64,000 bases of DNA from Chlorokybus atmophyticus (Eukaryota; Plantae; Mesostigma and Chlorokybus algae): contig RHPI01002699.1 of assembly GCA_009103225.1 (NCBI GenBank), positions 286,578 through 350,577 of the forward strand, read 5' to 3'. The notes beneath the pieces were generated by a model that had not been told where the DNA came from, searched no databases, and was given only the letters and a program-made list of their open reading frames with translations. Made by a program: the position numbers and the translations under genes. This document shows, piece after piece, positions 41,372 to 53,686 of the stretch; positions within the stretch are counted from its first letter, which is position 1, and every line of letters starts with the position of its first letter.

Positions 41372-44300
41372 ATGGGCAGGGGCGCCTTCTTCCGATGCCA
41401 GTTGGTGCTAATGGCTGCAGTCGTGCTAGTTACATGGGTCTCCTTCCACCTCTTACTGGCCTCCATGATTAATCAAGACGGTATGGACGACAACTGTGCA
41501 CAGTGCACAGTCACTATACACCAGCTACAGCTTGATGGCCAGTGACAGCTTCGTTTTTGTCATGATCTTGAATTGCAATCAAAGCCCTAGCGTGGGTTTA
41601 CGTTACAATTTGCATGTTGGTGGTTACATAAGGTGCTTGTCGACAAGCTCTCCATGAGACTTCGCCAGTGAGCAGTTTGATATTAGGCACACTGTCTTGC
41701 ATTGGCTTGTACGGTTGGGCAGGAAGTTGAAGAAGTCTGTACTTGGTTACAGGTGGTGATGAGGCTAGCTGGACGACGTTGGTGCGCAGGCCATGGCATT
41801 GGAGCGATCAACAAGCACATCATAAGGGGTCCTCCCTTTCACCAGCGTTGTTATCTGTGCTTGCTTTGCAAGCCGGGAACGTCTTCTCGTGGGGGAAAGC
41901 TCTTGGAGCCCGTGTTGGTCGCGCAGGACTGGATGCAGACCTCTGTGAGCCTGGCCAGGTTGGAATGGGCTGTGTAACTGCTGTTTATTTGAGCTCGTGT
42001 GTGCATGCATGTTGACACGTCCACCCTACATAGGTGCTCGGAGTCTTAAAGGATGTAAGTGTGGTGGCCATAGCTGCCAGCGGCCACAGCCTTGCCCTTG
42101 ACATCGACGGCCACGTGTATGCCTTTGGCAGAAACGAGTCTGGACAGCTGTCGTACTCGCCTGACGGTGCGTGGGTGTCCAGCGCATTATTGGCTTGTGA
42201 ACAATGCTTCATTGTAAACGTTTGTCTGCACAGGGCAGCCTCCTGTTGTTGATGCGCAGCCGGGACTTGTAGCTGGCTTACTTGACAAGAGGATGGTCTC
42301 CGTCGCGGCTGGCCGATACCACTCTGCAGCAGTCACAGATTCGGGTGAGGTAAAGCGGCTGATTGTTGTGCGGTCTGCGTGCGTTCCAACTAACAACCTG
42401 CCAACATTAGCACGAATGTCGCTTAGGTGTGGACCTGGGGCCGTAATGATCACGGACAATGTGGTCGGGGCCGAAGCGCTGCGCTTCCCCCTGGCCGCGT
42501 GCTTGGCATCCTCACCGACAAACACATCAGAAAAGTTGTCGCTGGCCGCTATCACACCCTGGCTATCTCTTCAAGTAAGTCTCCACTTTCAACTTCAATC
42601 CAAGCACTTCAGACATGCTCAACTCGCATCTGCTGGCAGTTGGCGAGGTGCTCACATGGGGTTTAAACTGCGTCGTGCCTGGGTTGGATGTGGCTACACC
42701 GAGAGTTGTGGATGCTTTGAAGGGTGTCAGTATTGTTGGAGCGGCTGCGGGTTATCTGCACTGGGTTGCTGTGTCCAGTGAAGGTGCCGTGTATACCGCA
42801 GATACTGGTTACGATGGCTATGGTGAGCTCAACAGCAAGCCGAATCAGTGCGGCCAGCTCGGGCGCAGCGGGAACACTGTGACAGTACGTGGTTGATGAG
42901 TTGACACCATGCGTGCGTCTTAAACAGTTGGCTCATCTTATACTTTGGTCATGCTGCAGCTGCGTCAAGTTGAAGCTCTGCATACCACACAAGAGACATT
43001 CTTTGCTGTTGCTGCTGGTAAGACAGCTTTGTTGCCATACAACACACGCATGCACATACGCGCACATGTAATCACAGCGTCATCTCAGGTCGCTGTCACA
43101 CACTGGCGGTGTCTGCAAGTGGGAAGCTGTACTCGTGGGGTGGCAGCAACCATGGAGAGCTTGGCAGAGATGGTGACCCACTTCGTCCTGGCCTCGTGCA
43201 GCTGCCCGACGGTGTTCAAGTTGCAGGAGCTGCTGCAGGCGAGTACTACAGTGTGGCGTGGACGAAGGATGGACAGCTGTGGACATTTGGCGACAATGCA
43301 TACTGCCAGGTGCGCGCTTTTGATGACATGGCTGTTGCTGTTGTTGTTGTCAGATTGTTGAGCTGTGTTTGCTTTGCAGATGGGCAGAGGCCTTGCACTG
43401 TCGGGGGAGATGTCCGGCGTGCAGCGCACTCGCAACCGTCCCGCTATGGTGGACTTACCAGGCTTGCGTGTGTTGAGTGTCGCCGGCGGCTTCCAACACG
43501 CACTCGCAGTTGTTACTGCTGCGCTGTCACAGAACTCTGATGGTGCGCAACCCAAGCAGAGTCCGCAACCCGAGCAGAGTGCTCCTCGCCAGAATGCAGC
43601 GCTTCGCGCGATTGATCCTGCAGTCAAGGCTGAACTACAGCGCATAAAAGCCGAAGTGGCAGCGCAGAGACAAGCACGAAATGAGCTGACGGCGGAGTCA
43701 GCCCTTAGCATAGAGAAACCAAAACCAACTTTGATTCGTGATCTTACAACCAAGTATGCCACCAGGGGAATGCGCTATCTGGCGGAAGATGTGACAACGC
43801 AGTTTGCAGTTCAGCCCCTTGAGCTTGGCGTTGACGATGACACTCGGAGAAAAGACCTGACAGCTACAGATTGGACGGACAAGCTGTTCTACTCTCCTCC
43901 CAACAGGACTGAGGTCGTTATGGCCGCGCAAGACGCTTTCGACGGCGTGCCTGCTGCATTTGATTTGAACTTCAAGAACCCGTGCTGGCGGGAGCCTGCA
44001 TCTCGCGGCACGCTCCACTGCTTACCGTACTTCCACATCCTCGGCGTGTCCAAGTGTGGCACAACCGATGTGTACCATCGGCTCAGCATGCACCCTGATG
44101 TCTATGAGTCTATCAACAAGGTAGGCACGCTTGTTGCTGTCTTCTGTTGCATGCGAGACCAGTTATTGAAGACATCTTGGTTGTCCAACAGGGGCCACAC
44201 TGGTTTGATGAACAAAAGGCTCGCCCATTTTCCTGGTACCGAGACATATACAACATCGCTGCTGAGAAGATTGCGCTGAACCCTGCAGGTGAATTAGTTA

Positions 44301-45333
44301 GCATTCTACACTGCGCACTGATGAGTGCATCAATGTGTCATTATCGCTACTGATGGCAAAAAACTCTCCAGGCATCGTTGGAGACGCAAGCTCCAACACG
44401 TTCACATACAACGGCGTGGGTATGCGCGGGCGCATTGAGCGTCGCGTATATATGGCCGAAGTAATGCGCGCCCTGCAGCCAGACCTAAAGCTCATGGTGA
44501 TGTTTCGCAACCCTGTGGACCGGCTGTACTCCAGCTATTGGTACTACCACGACTACAAGAACAAGCCCAATGCAACGGTTCACGACTTCAGTGCAGACGT
44601 AGACCGCGCGATCGCAGCTTGGAGCAACTGCATAGCCTTGCACACAGACAAGTTCTGCTCGCACGCACTCTACCACTCCCCCGCCCAGCAGCTCATCAAG
44701 GGCATGTACAGCCTGTTCCTGCCCCCATGGTGGAACGTTTACCCTCGTGAACAGTTCCTCTTCCTGCGCCTCGATGACTATGCCATCAACCCGAAGTACG
44801 ACCTCCTCCGCATCATCAAGTTCCTCGGACTTCGCCTGCCTACTGAAGCTGAGTGGTCAGCCATGCTGTCTCTTCAGGTATGACAAGTGTGCACGTGTGT
44901 GCATCTGTGTGTGCATGTGCATGTGGACGCACACGCCTCCCATGCTGCCTCTGCAGCATGTGTGAGCGTGTGCTTGTGTGCAAGTGCACACGCATGTGAA
45001 CATGCGTTAATTACACACGCGCGCACATGTATGGTTCATGCGCCAGCAGTGTGGGGTAGCTCGTGGTTGAGGCCTATCAAACAGCATGTCATTGGCGACG
45101 TGTCTGCACGCATTGTTTACACTGTGTTTGTCACATAGGTGAAGAACACGCGCAAGACCAATAGGCGGGGCAACAGCGCCTCAGTGGGCTCAATGCTGCA
45201 CTCCACGCGGATGAAGCTGGAAGAGTTCTACCGGCCATACAACGTGGAGCTCGCAAAGCAACTTAGTGACGATGGCTTCCGATGGGACGCCACTCGCGCT
45301 ATTCTGAAGCTTCTAGCTCCTTCATCAGAATGA
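41372..45333 (+). CDS. Type II membrane protein: signal anchor - RCC1-repeat beta-propeller - CHST15/GalNAc4S-6ST-like sulfotransferase domain
   Basis: N-terminal TM (LVLMAAVVLVTWVSFHLLLASM). About 7 RCC1 repeats (VAAGRYHS..GEVWTWGRNDHGQCG etc.). PAPS motifs ILGVSKCGTT and MFRNPVDRLYSSYWY. Every junction checked is GT-AG and in phase. Confidence 0.85.
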
Positions 45334-45929
45334 TTGGTTGGTTCGGCAGAGAGCGTCGTTTAGGACTGTAGCATGTAACATTCGTGTTGGTGTCCTTCAA
45401 AGGCCATAGCTGGCATACCAGCTATGGCAGCAGTTTTGCTGGTGCTGTGTTTAGGTTGCAGTGCATTGGGTTGTGAGCTGTACTTGGAGTTTACACAATT
45501 GTTGGTCCAGAAAGTAGTGGTGTTGCAGGTACTGGCAGCATCTTTAGTGGTCAGCATGCGAGCGCTTCTTCACAATCTGGGTTGTTGCTGCATTCAACAT
45601 TGATGAATGGAGCACCAGCAGCTGCACTAGTGTACCCGAACACAAAGCTTGCACATAAAGCCTGAATACTGCCTATCAAGCCACCTCTCGGGTTAGTTGT
45701 GCCGTATTAGTTGTTACAATTGCAAACCAACGACAAAGTTGGCAAGTAACTGATGTATGGTACACGAGCTACCGGCTCAACTGAACGGAAGGAAAACGCT
45801 CCAACCATTTAGCAACTGAAGTCTAATCAACTAAGAATAAAACACTGCAACGGGGAGTCGCACAAGAGGAATGGGAAAGTGAGCAAGAGTCAACAAAAAT
45901 GGAGCATCAGTCATAATGGTGACGAGAAG

Positions 45930-47250
45930 GAAGCATTTGGAGTATGCTGTAGTGCAGGCGCTTTTGGGACAAATGACATCGGCGCCGACGAGATAATGGC
46001 GGGCGAGAAGTTGTATAGTCTTTCTGTTGGCAGTGCGTTTTCATCATGCTTTTCCGATTCTGCTTCTTGCAAGCAGCGGCCCCATTGCACTAGCGTTTCG
46101 CACATGCGACCTGCGCATGTAAGTGATTGAGTTAGCCATCAATCCTATGATTCATAAAAGAGACACACATTATGGCGGCATGGTTGGCCAACTCACCCCA
46201 AGCCTCAGCGAGCAGAGCCCGCGCGTCATCAGCCACATCCACAGCCTCGGGAGAGACGCGCGCCTATGGGAAGAACTCTAGCTGGCACTACTAGATCAAG
46301 CTCCGCGAGCACCCTAATTGGAAACCAGAACTCCCTCTCGACTGGCACCTGCAATGTGGTGTGTCATAGCATACGCACATGATAAGCAAGGAGTGAATGT
46401 GAGCTTGACAGTAGCTGGTACTTACAGTCCTCTCTGTATGCCCTGTAGCTGCCATGATAATGAAAGAGGTGATAGCTAACTAATAGGTGACGCACGGTAG
46501 GCTTGTGTGTGCTGGTGCGTGTGTCGTGCCTGGGCCTTGCTTTTGCCAGGAGGCTTGGCACCTGTCTAGAAGGAGAGCATACTCAGACATTCATTACGAT
46601 TCGCGCATGCATGCACGCGTGGGAGGAAAGGGAGCAGGCAACGGCAGGTGAAGGCCAGTGGCAGGGCAAGACACGCTTGTTGCTGTGTCTTGCGATGTTG
46701 TATCTTGTCCCATGCAGCCATTGTAGACACCTCCAGCAAAGATGCCTCAATTCTCCATCTCTGCCTGCTCTCATATGGACAACAATTTCTCTACACTATT
46801 CAGACTGCGCACGACGTGTAGGTTAAAGACATGCACACACTGTATGCTCTACTCACAACATGCACAGACTCTGCTACGCATAACAACCTTACAAGCCTGC
46901 AACTGACCCAACAGGCGGCTGCCGGCTGACTGGCGAGCAGGCTTGGCAGGAGCGCATAAATCCAAGTAATGCAAGCTCACTCACTCACTCACTCCCTGCC
47001 TTTTCAGCCCATGCACACCGCCCCTCCACCTGCTTCCTGACCTCCTGCCCCTGTCCCTGCCCCTGCTCCTCCTCCCTCACCTTCTCCGCCGCCGCCGCCG
47101 CTGATGCTTGAACGTACTGCACTGCAGCTGATGGATGTGCAAACCGTTGCATGCAACCAGTTTGGCTGAGGCAAAACAAGTCTCGAGATGAGATCAAAGG
47201 CCTGCAGCGAGGGACGGGGAGTGACATGTCGCATTATTGGCCTACCTAAG
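45930..47250 (-). pseudogene. Degenerate spliced gene of unknown family, copy A
   Basis: Exon-like segments with GT-AG borders carry in-frame stops (LLSI*EQAEMEN*GIFAGG; EFFP*ARVSPEAVDVADDARALLAE). Alignable by eye to 62640-64000. Confidence 0.45.
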
Positions 47251-47298
47251 ACCGTCAGGGTGTTGTTGTCGCGACAGTCGCAAGTGGCAGTGCCATCT

Positions 47299-47350
47299 TA
47301 CATGACACGTGCCGTGCTTGCCGCGTCAGCAGCACGGCACGTGTCATGTA
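47299..47350. repeat. Perfect 20-bp inverted repeat with a 12-nt loop
   Basis: TACATGACACGTGCCGTGCT (47299-47318) and AGCACGGCACGTGTCATGTA (47331-47350). Confidence 0.9.
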
Positions 47351-48785
47351 GATTATGACATAAGAGTGTAAGATTGCCCTATGTACGCATTCTCGATGTG
47401 TGATTGTATCTATGTGTCATGTAGCAGTGTGCGTGGTTTTGCACATGCTACTTGTGCTTGTGTCTTGTATAAATTTCATTTCATGAACTTAACACTAGCA
47501 TACGTTTGGACGGCGTTCAAACATAAACCCCATAAGCAATGCTGACGCAACATTTTCCTGTATAATAAAACATACCATTAATAAAGTATCATCATGCATT
47601 ACCATATATACAACACACTATAACATCATTAGAACATACCATTAATAAGGTATCGTCATGCATTAGTATATGCCGCATTGCATACATGCGGCGGTTTTTG
47701 CGGATGCTGTTGCTTGAGATCAGCACACTTGATTCATTGCATTATAAGATTTCACTCACAGTGCAATTTAAATCATGAGATGATTGTATATATTAAAAGT
47801 TCATGATTTTGCCGTTGTTAATGATTGCGTAACTTTATATAACTACATGCATTTTATAACAGCGCTTATTAAGTTTAAAATTTTATATCGCTTGTATGTC
47901 GCGTAATTTATAAAAACAGTTTAAATAGAATAGTGTAGTGTAAATAAAGACTTAAAAGCGAGTCTGCGGCTGAAGTACCACTGTAGATGCATATTATCGG
48001 TTGAATGGTTATATAACTTATTTGAATGAAATGTAGCGTATGAACTCGATATTATAATTAATGATCTACGTTAATACAAATTGTACGGGTTCTCGTTCAT
48101 ACTTGTATTTTCTATGTGGATTGCATCCCATTAAGGTATAGCAAGTTAACATATGACTCGTGGTTGTAAATGTCATCATTTATTAATACATATACAGCAT
48201 TTGTGGTTTGTGGTTTGCAATTTTAAACACAGTCACAAACGCTTCGGTTTGCTTTATATTATCTTGTTAATATGTGTGATGTGTTTGAGCTGTGGCATTC
48301 ATATGCAAGTACTTGATGTTAAGGTATCATGTTTTTTTATATGTTTATCATTATTTATGCTGCCGCAATTTGCAGTATGCAAGCGTTGAACAGCATGCCC
48401 GTACATCAACTTTATATTTCGCAAATATCTAAATATCATCTTAAGTCCCATATGATGTCGCACATGTGGCAGCATACCATGTATATACAGGTGTATGTGG
48501 GTATATAAAGTTGTATATTATTGGCAATGTAATCCATAAAAGGCACATTGTTTTGCAAAAGATTGCAATGGATATTGCAATATGTTGCATGTACATTATT
48601 GCACATATTTTAATTCATTGTTTAAATAGGTTGCAATCAACGAAACAAGTACATTTACACGTTGCTTGGTAAACTATTGCATTATTCATGTTCGTAACCA
48701 ATTGTTGCATGTGCACCTTATCGCAGTATCATTATTTCATTCACAATATATGCATATATATGAGCTCGAGCGCTCACATGCACGC

Positions 48786-49311
48786 TGTAACAGCACCACC
48801 GTCGCCGGTGATGCCCCTTCAATCCTCTACCCCAACACCCACACCGCCTATGACAAGCCTTTCAACGGCGTGGCCGCCACTGAGCAGAGAACTGAAAGTC
48901 CCCACATCAGATTGATGTGACCTTTTATATCAAGAGTATATCAACTATATAACTCTCGATAATTAACTCACAACTAGACATCGACCCTACAGATAGGGTA
49001 GTTAGGAAATCTAGCGTGAGCCAATCACAGCTCAGATAAGGTACCTATCGATAAGGTACTTATCCAAAGATACCTATCGTAAGGTACCTAACGAGATAGT
49101 GATCACATTATATCAAATGTGACACTAAATAGGCTTGAATAAGCGGTTCTACACCCATTGGGACTTATTTAAGCTATGATAAAGCATCATAGCCTTTAAT
49201 AAGCGAGGAACCGTAGAAAAGAGGTATAAATAAGCATATTTAAATACTTATTCATACAAAATGTGTTATTCAGGTAGCAATAATACCCCTATTATTATTG
49301 CTCCCGTTACA
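48786..49311 (-). repeat. 3' LTR (526 bp)
   Basis: Matches 61594-62119 except for 2 transitions found by eye. Confidence 0.97.
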
Positions 49312-49320
49312 TTCCCCCCC
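49312..49320 (-). other. Polypurine tract (GGGGGGGAA) abutting the 3' LTR
   Basis: Plus-strand TTCCCCCCC directly after the LTR end. Confidence 0.85.
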
Positions 49321-49449
49321 ACTTAGGTTTTCAACGTCCTCGTTGAACTCAAGTTGATCNGGCTTGATTTCGAGTAATTGTAACCACTTAGGTTTTCAAC
49401 GTCCTCGTTGAACTCAAGTTGATCAGGCTTGATTTTGAGTAATTGTAAC
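49320..49449. repeat. 65-bp tandem duplication between integrase and PPT
   Basis: CACTTAGGTTTTCAACGTCCTCGTTGAACTCAAGTTGATC.. occurs twice (starts 49320 and 49385). The first copy has an N at 49360. Confidence 0.8.
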
Positions 49450-49523
49450 AAGTGAGATAGCAGGAAATGACAGGGTGGTAATGAAACTGCACTGCCAGTC
49501 TGTCATAAAACCAAGCCCACAGT

Positions 49524-52500
49524 TTATGGGACAGGACATGAATCCCAATAAGCTCGAAGCAACTCGCGGCAGTGCGCAAGATGCCTGTCGGGCTCCCAAC
49601 TGTTATGTTCCGGGCCATACCCTTTCCATTTCACCAAATAGCGAGTTGCGCGTCCTCGACCATTTAGCTTATGGTTCAATATAGCTTCCACCTCGTATTC
49701 GAGCTCGCTGTCCACCTCAACTGGCGGTGGTGGAGGCTGTGTTCTACCGTCTGAGCGGTAAGGTTTCAACAAGTTTACATGAAACACGTTGTGTATACGC
49801 ACACTTGGGGGCAATTGCAGTCGATAAGCGTGCGTACCAACTCTATCAGTGATAGAGAAAGGACCTAACCATCGGGGCAGCAACTTGCGAGCACCCGTAC
49901 CTTTGATGGTTAAGTTTTTTGCATTAAGCAAAACTTTATCGCCGACATCGAAAGTGGCCATTTTTCGATGTGTATCAGCATAAGCTTTTTGCCTGTCCTG
50001 TGCTTCTGACAGACACAGCTTGGCTCGAGCCAAATTTTCTTGCATATTAGTGGCAAATTCCTTTGCCGCTGGCACAGTCAGGGCATTGCGAGGTACACGC
50101 AATGACGCTGGTGTGTTTGGGCGAATCCCATAATTTAAGAAAAATGGGGTTTCCTTTACACTTTCTTGCCACGCGTTGTTCACAGCGAACTCTGCCATTG
50201 GCAAGTACCTGTCCCAATCAGCATGATTAGGAGCCACATAGTGGCGAAGCATTTCTTCCAGTATTTGATTTGCTCGCTCAGTTTGACCGTCCGTTTGCGG
50301 GTGGAAAGCAGTCGACATGCTTTGTTTTACCCCCAACAATTCACAGACTTCTCGCCAAAACTTGGAGACAAAACGAGGATCACGATCTGTGACAAGTTCA
50401 CGCGGTATACCGTGAACGCGAAAGACCGTGGACACAAATAAGTGTGCCAAGTCCCGTGCACTTACAGTTGTGCAACACGGGGCAAAATGCACCATTTTAG
50501 TCAAACGGTCGACAAAAACCACAATAGCAGTGTATTTAGCTGCTGTTTCAGGTAGGTCAGTAATCAAATCCATACTGACACTATCCCACTTTTGTTCTGG
50601 AATTGCTAATGGTTTAAGCAATCCCGCTTGTTTTTGTCGTAGTGGCTTATTACGTTGACACACGTCACATGTGCGAACGTATTGATCCACGTCAGCTGAC
50701 ATTGACGGCCACCAGTATAACTGTTGCGCAGATTTGAGTGTTTTGTGTTTCCCCAAATGCCCAGCATACGGCGGGTCATGCACTGAATGTAAGCATTGCT
50801 TACGCAAGTCGCCCGAGTTGGGAATTGCCAACTGCTCCCCTTTATACCACAGATTGCTAACAGCAGTAAGCTGTTGCAAGTTGGTTTGACTGCTAAACCA
50901 ATCATCTGAGTTATAACCTGTGGACACTTCCTTTAAGAAAGGATCTTCAGGCTGTTGTACATTACGCGTACTTCGAGAGCGCGTAAGTGCCAAAAGAGCA
51001 GGGCTGCGACTTAGTGGATCCGCCACATTGGTGCGACCCGGACGGTATTGCCAAGTGAAAGTGAAACGAGAAATGAATTCATTCCACCTAGCTTGCCGCC
51101 TCGACAGATTTTGTTGCGTATGAAAGAATGTGAGCGGGTTGTGATCAGTAATCACTGAAAACTCCACCCCTTCCAAGTAGCAACGCCATGTGCGCAGCGC
51201 GTGCACCACCCCGAGCAATTCCTGCTCAGTGGTTGTGTAATTACGTTCAGCAGGAATGAACTTTCTGCTTTCATATGCACATGGTCTGTCATCTTGTAGA
51301 AGGACTGCTCCACACCCAATGGTGGAAGCATCACTGATCACCACAAAAGGCTTGGTGTGGTCGGGGAAGGCTAACACAGGGGCTTGTGTTAATGCATCTT
51401 TAATGCGTGTAAAAGCAACCTCGTGTGCCTCCGTCCACACAAATTTAACATCTTTTCTTAGTAAAGATGTTAAAGAATTTGCCATGCCAGAATATGCTCA
51501 CATGAACTTGCGGAAATAATTGGCTAGCCCCAAAAAAGCACGTAACTGATGTACATCCTTGGGTGGCGGCCAATCCTTTACCGCACACACCTTTTGAGGA
51601 TCTGATTTCAATCCTTCTTTGCCAATCACATGCCCTAAAAAGGGTAGTTCATCCTTTGCAAAGTTGCATTTGGACAGGTTGGCATAGAATTTGTGTTCGC
51701 GTAACTTAGCTAGAACCAATTCCACATGCCTGTGGTGGTCCTCCCGGGTTTTGCTGAACACAATAATGTCGTCTAGATATACCAGTACAAACTTGTACAA
51801 TTCATCAGCAAATACCGCGTTCATTGCTGTCTGAAATGTAGCCGGTGCATTTGTTAACCCAAATGGTAACACTTTATACTCAAAGTGTCCTAGTGGGGTG
51901 CGAAATGCAGTTTTTTGTATATCCGACGGGTGGATTTTGATTTGATGATAACCACTGGTCAAATCCAGCGTGCTGAACACTGTTGCACCTGACAGCTTAT
52001 CAAACAAATCATCAATCCGAGGCAAAGGGTATCTGTTTTTCACAGTGACCTTGTTCAACGCACGGTAATCAATACACATGCGTAGCTTGCCATTCTTTTT
52101 GGGCACAAACAAAATTGGTGCACCAAAAGGAGATATGCTCTTTGTTATTAAACCTTTGTCCAATAACTCTTTGAGCTGTTTTTCCATCTCCGCGTGTTCT
52201 AAGGGACTTAGCCTGTATATAGGCCGCCAAGGTGGCTTTGCCCCCTCCTCTAACGGAATGGTATGATGTATGTTTCGATCGGGAGGCAACTCTGGGAGTT
52301 CATCCTGAAATACATCTGCGTATTGTTCCGTAAGTGACTGCACCACAGGGTCACTGATAGCCTGTTCAGCAGGTGTTTCCACCTGTCGTAAGTGCAGTAA
52401 GTATACTTCCTCACGTTTACGCATGCAACGTTTCAGTTGCATAGCAGAGAGGAGCGGAACATTATCGCGTGGTATACGTGCGAGTACAGATGCTGTTAAA

Positions 52501-52621
52501 GTCATCCTACGTTTCCCTTTACGAAGGGTGCACTTATTGACTCGAGAGTCTGATTGTAAACCTGCTTCAGTGTGCCATTGTTCCCCTAAAACAACATCCA
52601 CCCCGGGGATGCCCTGTAGTA
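49524..52621 (-). pseudogene. pol: pol: end of protease, RT, RNase H, integrase, chromodomain; one in-frame TGA at 51500-51498
   Basis: RT LRMCIDYRALNK and YLDDIIVFS. RNase H SDAS..ELLG..TDHNPL..ADPLSR. Integrase HHCC plus D,D,E and GPF. Chromodomain YEVEAIL..YLVKWKGYGPEHNSWEP. ORFs 52712-51498 and 51485-49524 are in the same frame (KFM*AYSGMANSLT). Confidence 0.95.
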
Positions 52622-52682
52622 AAGTGCTGCCAGGCAGCAGTGCAGCGCCGGGTGAAATCTTTAAGAGATGTGTAAATATGTA

Positions 52683-52755
52683 TGGGTACGACAGGACTCG
52701 AACCTGTGACAACTCGGTTAAAAGCCGAATGCTCTACCAACTGAGCTACATACCC
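52683..52755 (-). tRNA. trnK: Mitochondrial-type tRNA-Lys(UUU), within the NUMT
   Basis: GGGTATGTAGCTCAGTTGGTAGAGCATTCGGCTTTTAACCGAGTTGTCACAGGTTCGAGTCCTGTCGTACCCA forms a full cloverleaf with anticodon TTT. Confidence 0.95.
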
Positions 52756-53422
52756 AATGTAAAAGTTACTCCTTTCTTAGAAAAAGATATTAGATAATTG
52801 TTAGATTAATTGCTCTCTACCTTAGGTAATCGATTTGGATTCTAAAGTAATCGAAATCTATTAAGGCGCAGTGCGGAACAGCCGGTAAATTACTAATATA
52901 TTTCGATTCGGGTGATTGCTGCAGAAGATTACCCCCGCTGGACTGGGCTGCTGCAGACTGAGCTGGGCTGCTGAATCGATTCCTGCAGGCAGCCCGCTTA
53001 TGCGAGAAATCGATTACTGCAGCCCGCATCCATCCATCCTTAGATTACCCTATAATCCAACCGATTACCCCCTAATCAATAGATTATCTCGCTGCGCACC
53101 TGCAACTTGCCGATCGTTTTCGTGGTAATCCTACCACGCTGCAGTTGGTAGCTTCCTATTGTGACCATGCTTTAGAGTAAAGTAGAGTAAAATAGCAAAT
53201 TATACCATTACTGCACTTTACTAGACTGCCCTAAGCTGCAGCAGGCCGCACTTCAGCCATAAGGTTCGGGATAATCTTTTTTACGAGAGATTTTTCCTCT
53301 CTTTAGCTGAGTACCATCTTTTATGCGCGAGGCGCAGTGCGGAAACACTTAACTGTGCAATACAATTGTGTTTGGTAACCTTTATTTTCTATTAAATAAC
53401 TTAGTAATAAAAGCTCACTTTC

Positions 53423-53494
53423 TTGGAGTAAAAGGATTCGAACCTTTGCATGGCGGTATCAAAAACCGATGCCTTTCCGCTTGGCTATACTCCA
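53423..53494 (-). tRNA. trnQ: Mitochondrial-type tRNA-Gln(UUG), within the NUMT
   Basis: TGGAGTATAGCCAAGCGGAAAGGCATCGGTTTTTGATACCGCCATGCAAAGGTTCGAATCCTTTTACTCCAA, closely resembling plant mitochondrial trnQ. Confidence 0.93.
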
Positions 53495-53640
53495 ACTTTT
53501 CAGTGTTTTAAATATATAATGCTGTACTGCAGCCGCTGCAGGTAATCGTCCGATTAGAGAGCCAGATTAGATAGATAAATTACGCCGATCGAAGCCTGCC
53601 TTGCCAATTGTGCCAATCAATAGATTACCTTTACTGCTGC

Positions 53641-53686
53641 TAAGGTATTTTAATATTAAGGTATTTTAATATTAAGGTATTTTAAC
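53641..53686. repeat. 16-bp tandem repeat (TAAGGTATTTTAATAT, about 2.7 copies) in the NUMT
   Basis: Read directly from the sequence. Confidence 0.8.

Noticed and set aside
454-45138. Hundreds of 60-250 aa ORFs rich in H/T/C/V/M/A in the ORF track
   Set aside because: They are translations of RY-alternating intron tracts or antisense shadows of real exons, with no domain motifs.
45930-46110. MYND zinc finger in pseudogene copy A
   Set aside because: The Cys/His spacing required frame-hopping and is not preserved in copy B.
47299-47350. Hairpin as a Helitron 3' end
   Set aside because: No CTRR terminus follows on either strand at the expected distance, and there are no Rep/helicase remnants. 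It is kept only as an unexplained hairpin.
52622-52712. N-terminus of the 404-aa pol ORF (MSQVRVLSYPY..)
   Set aside because: It is chance read-through of NUMT and trnK sequence. The true upstream pol sequence resumes at 58414.
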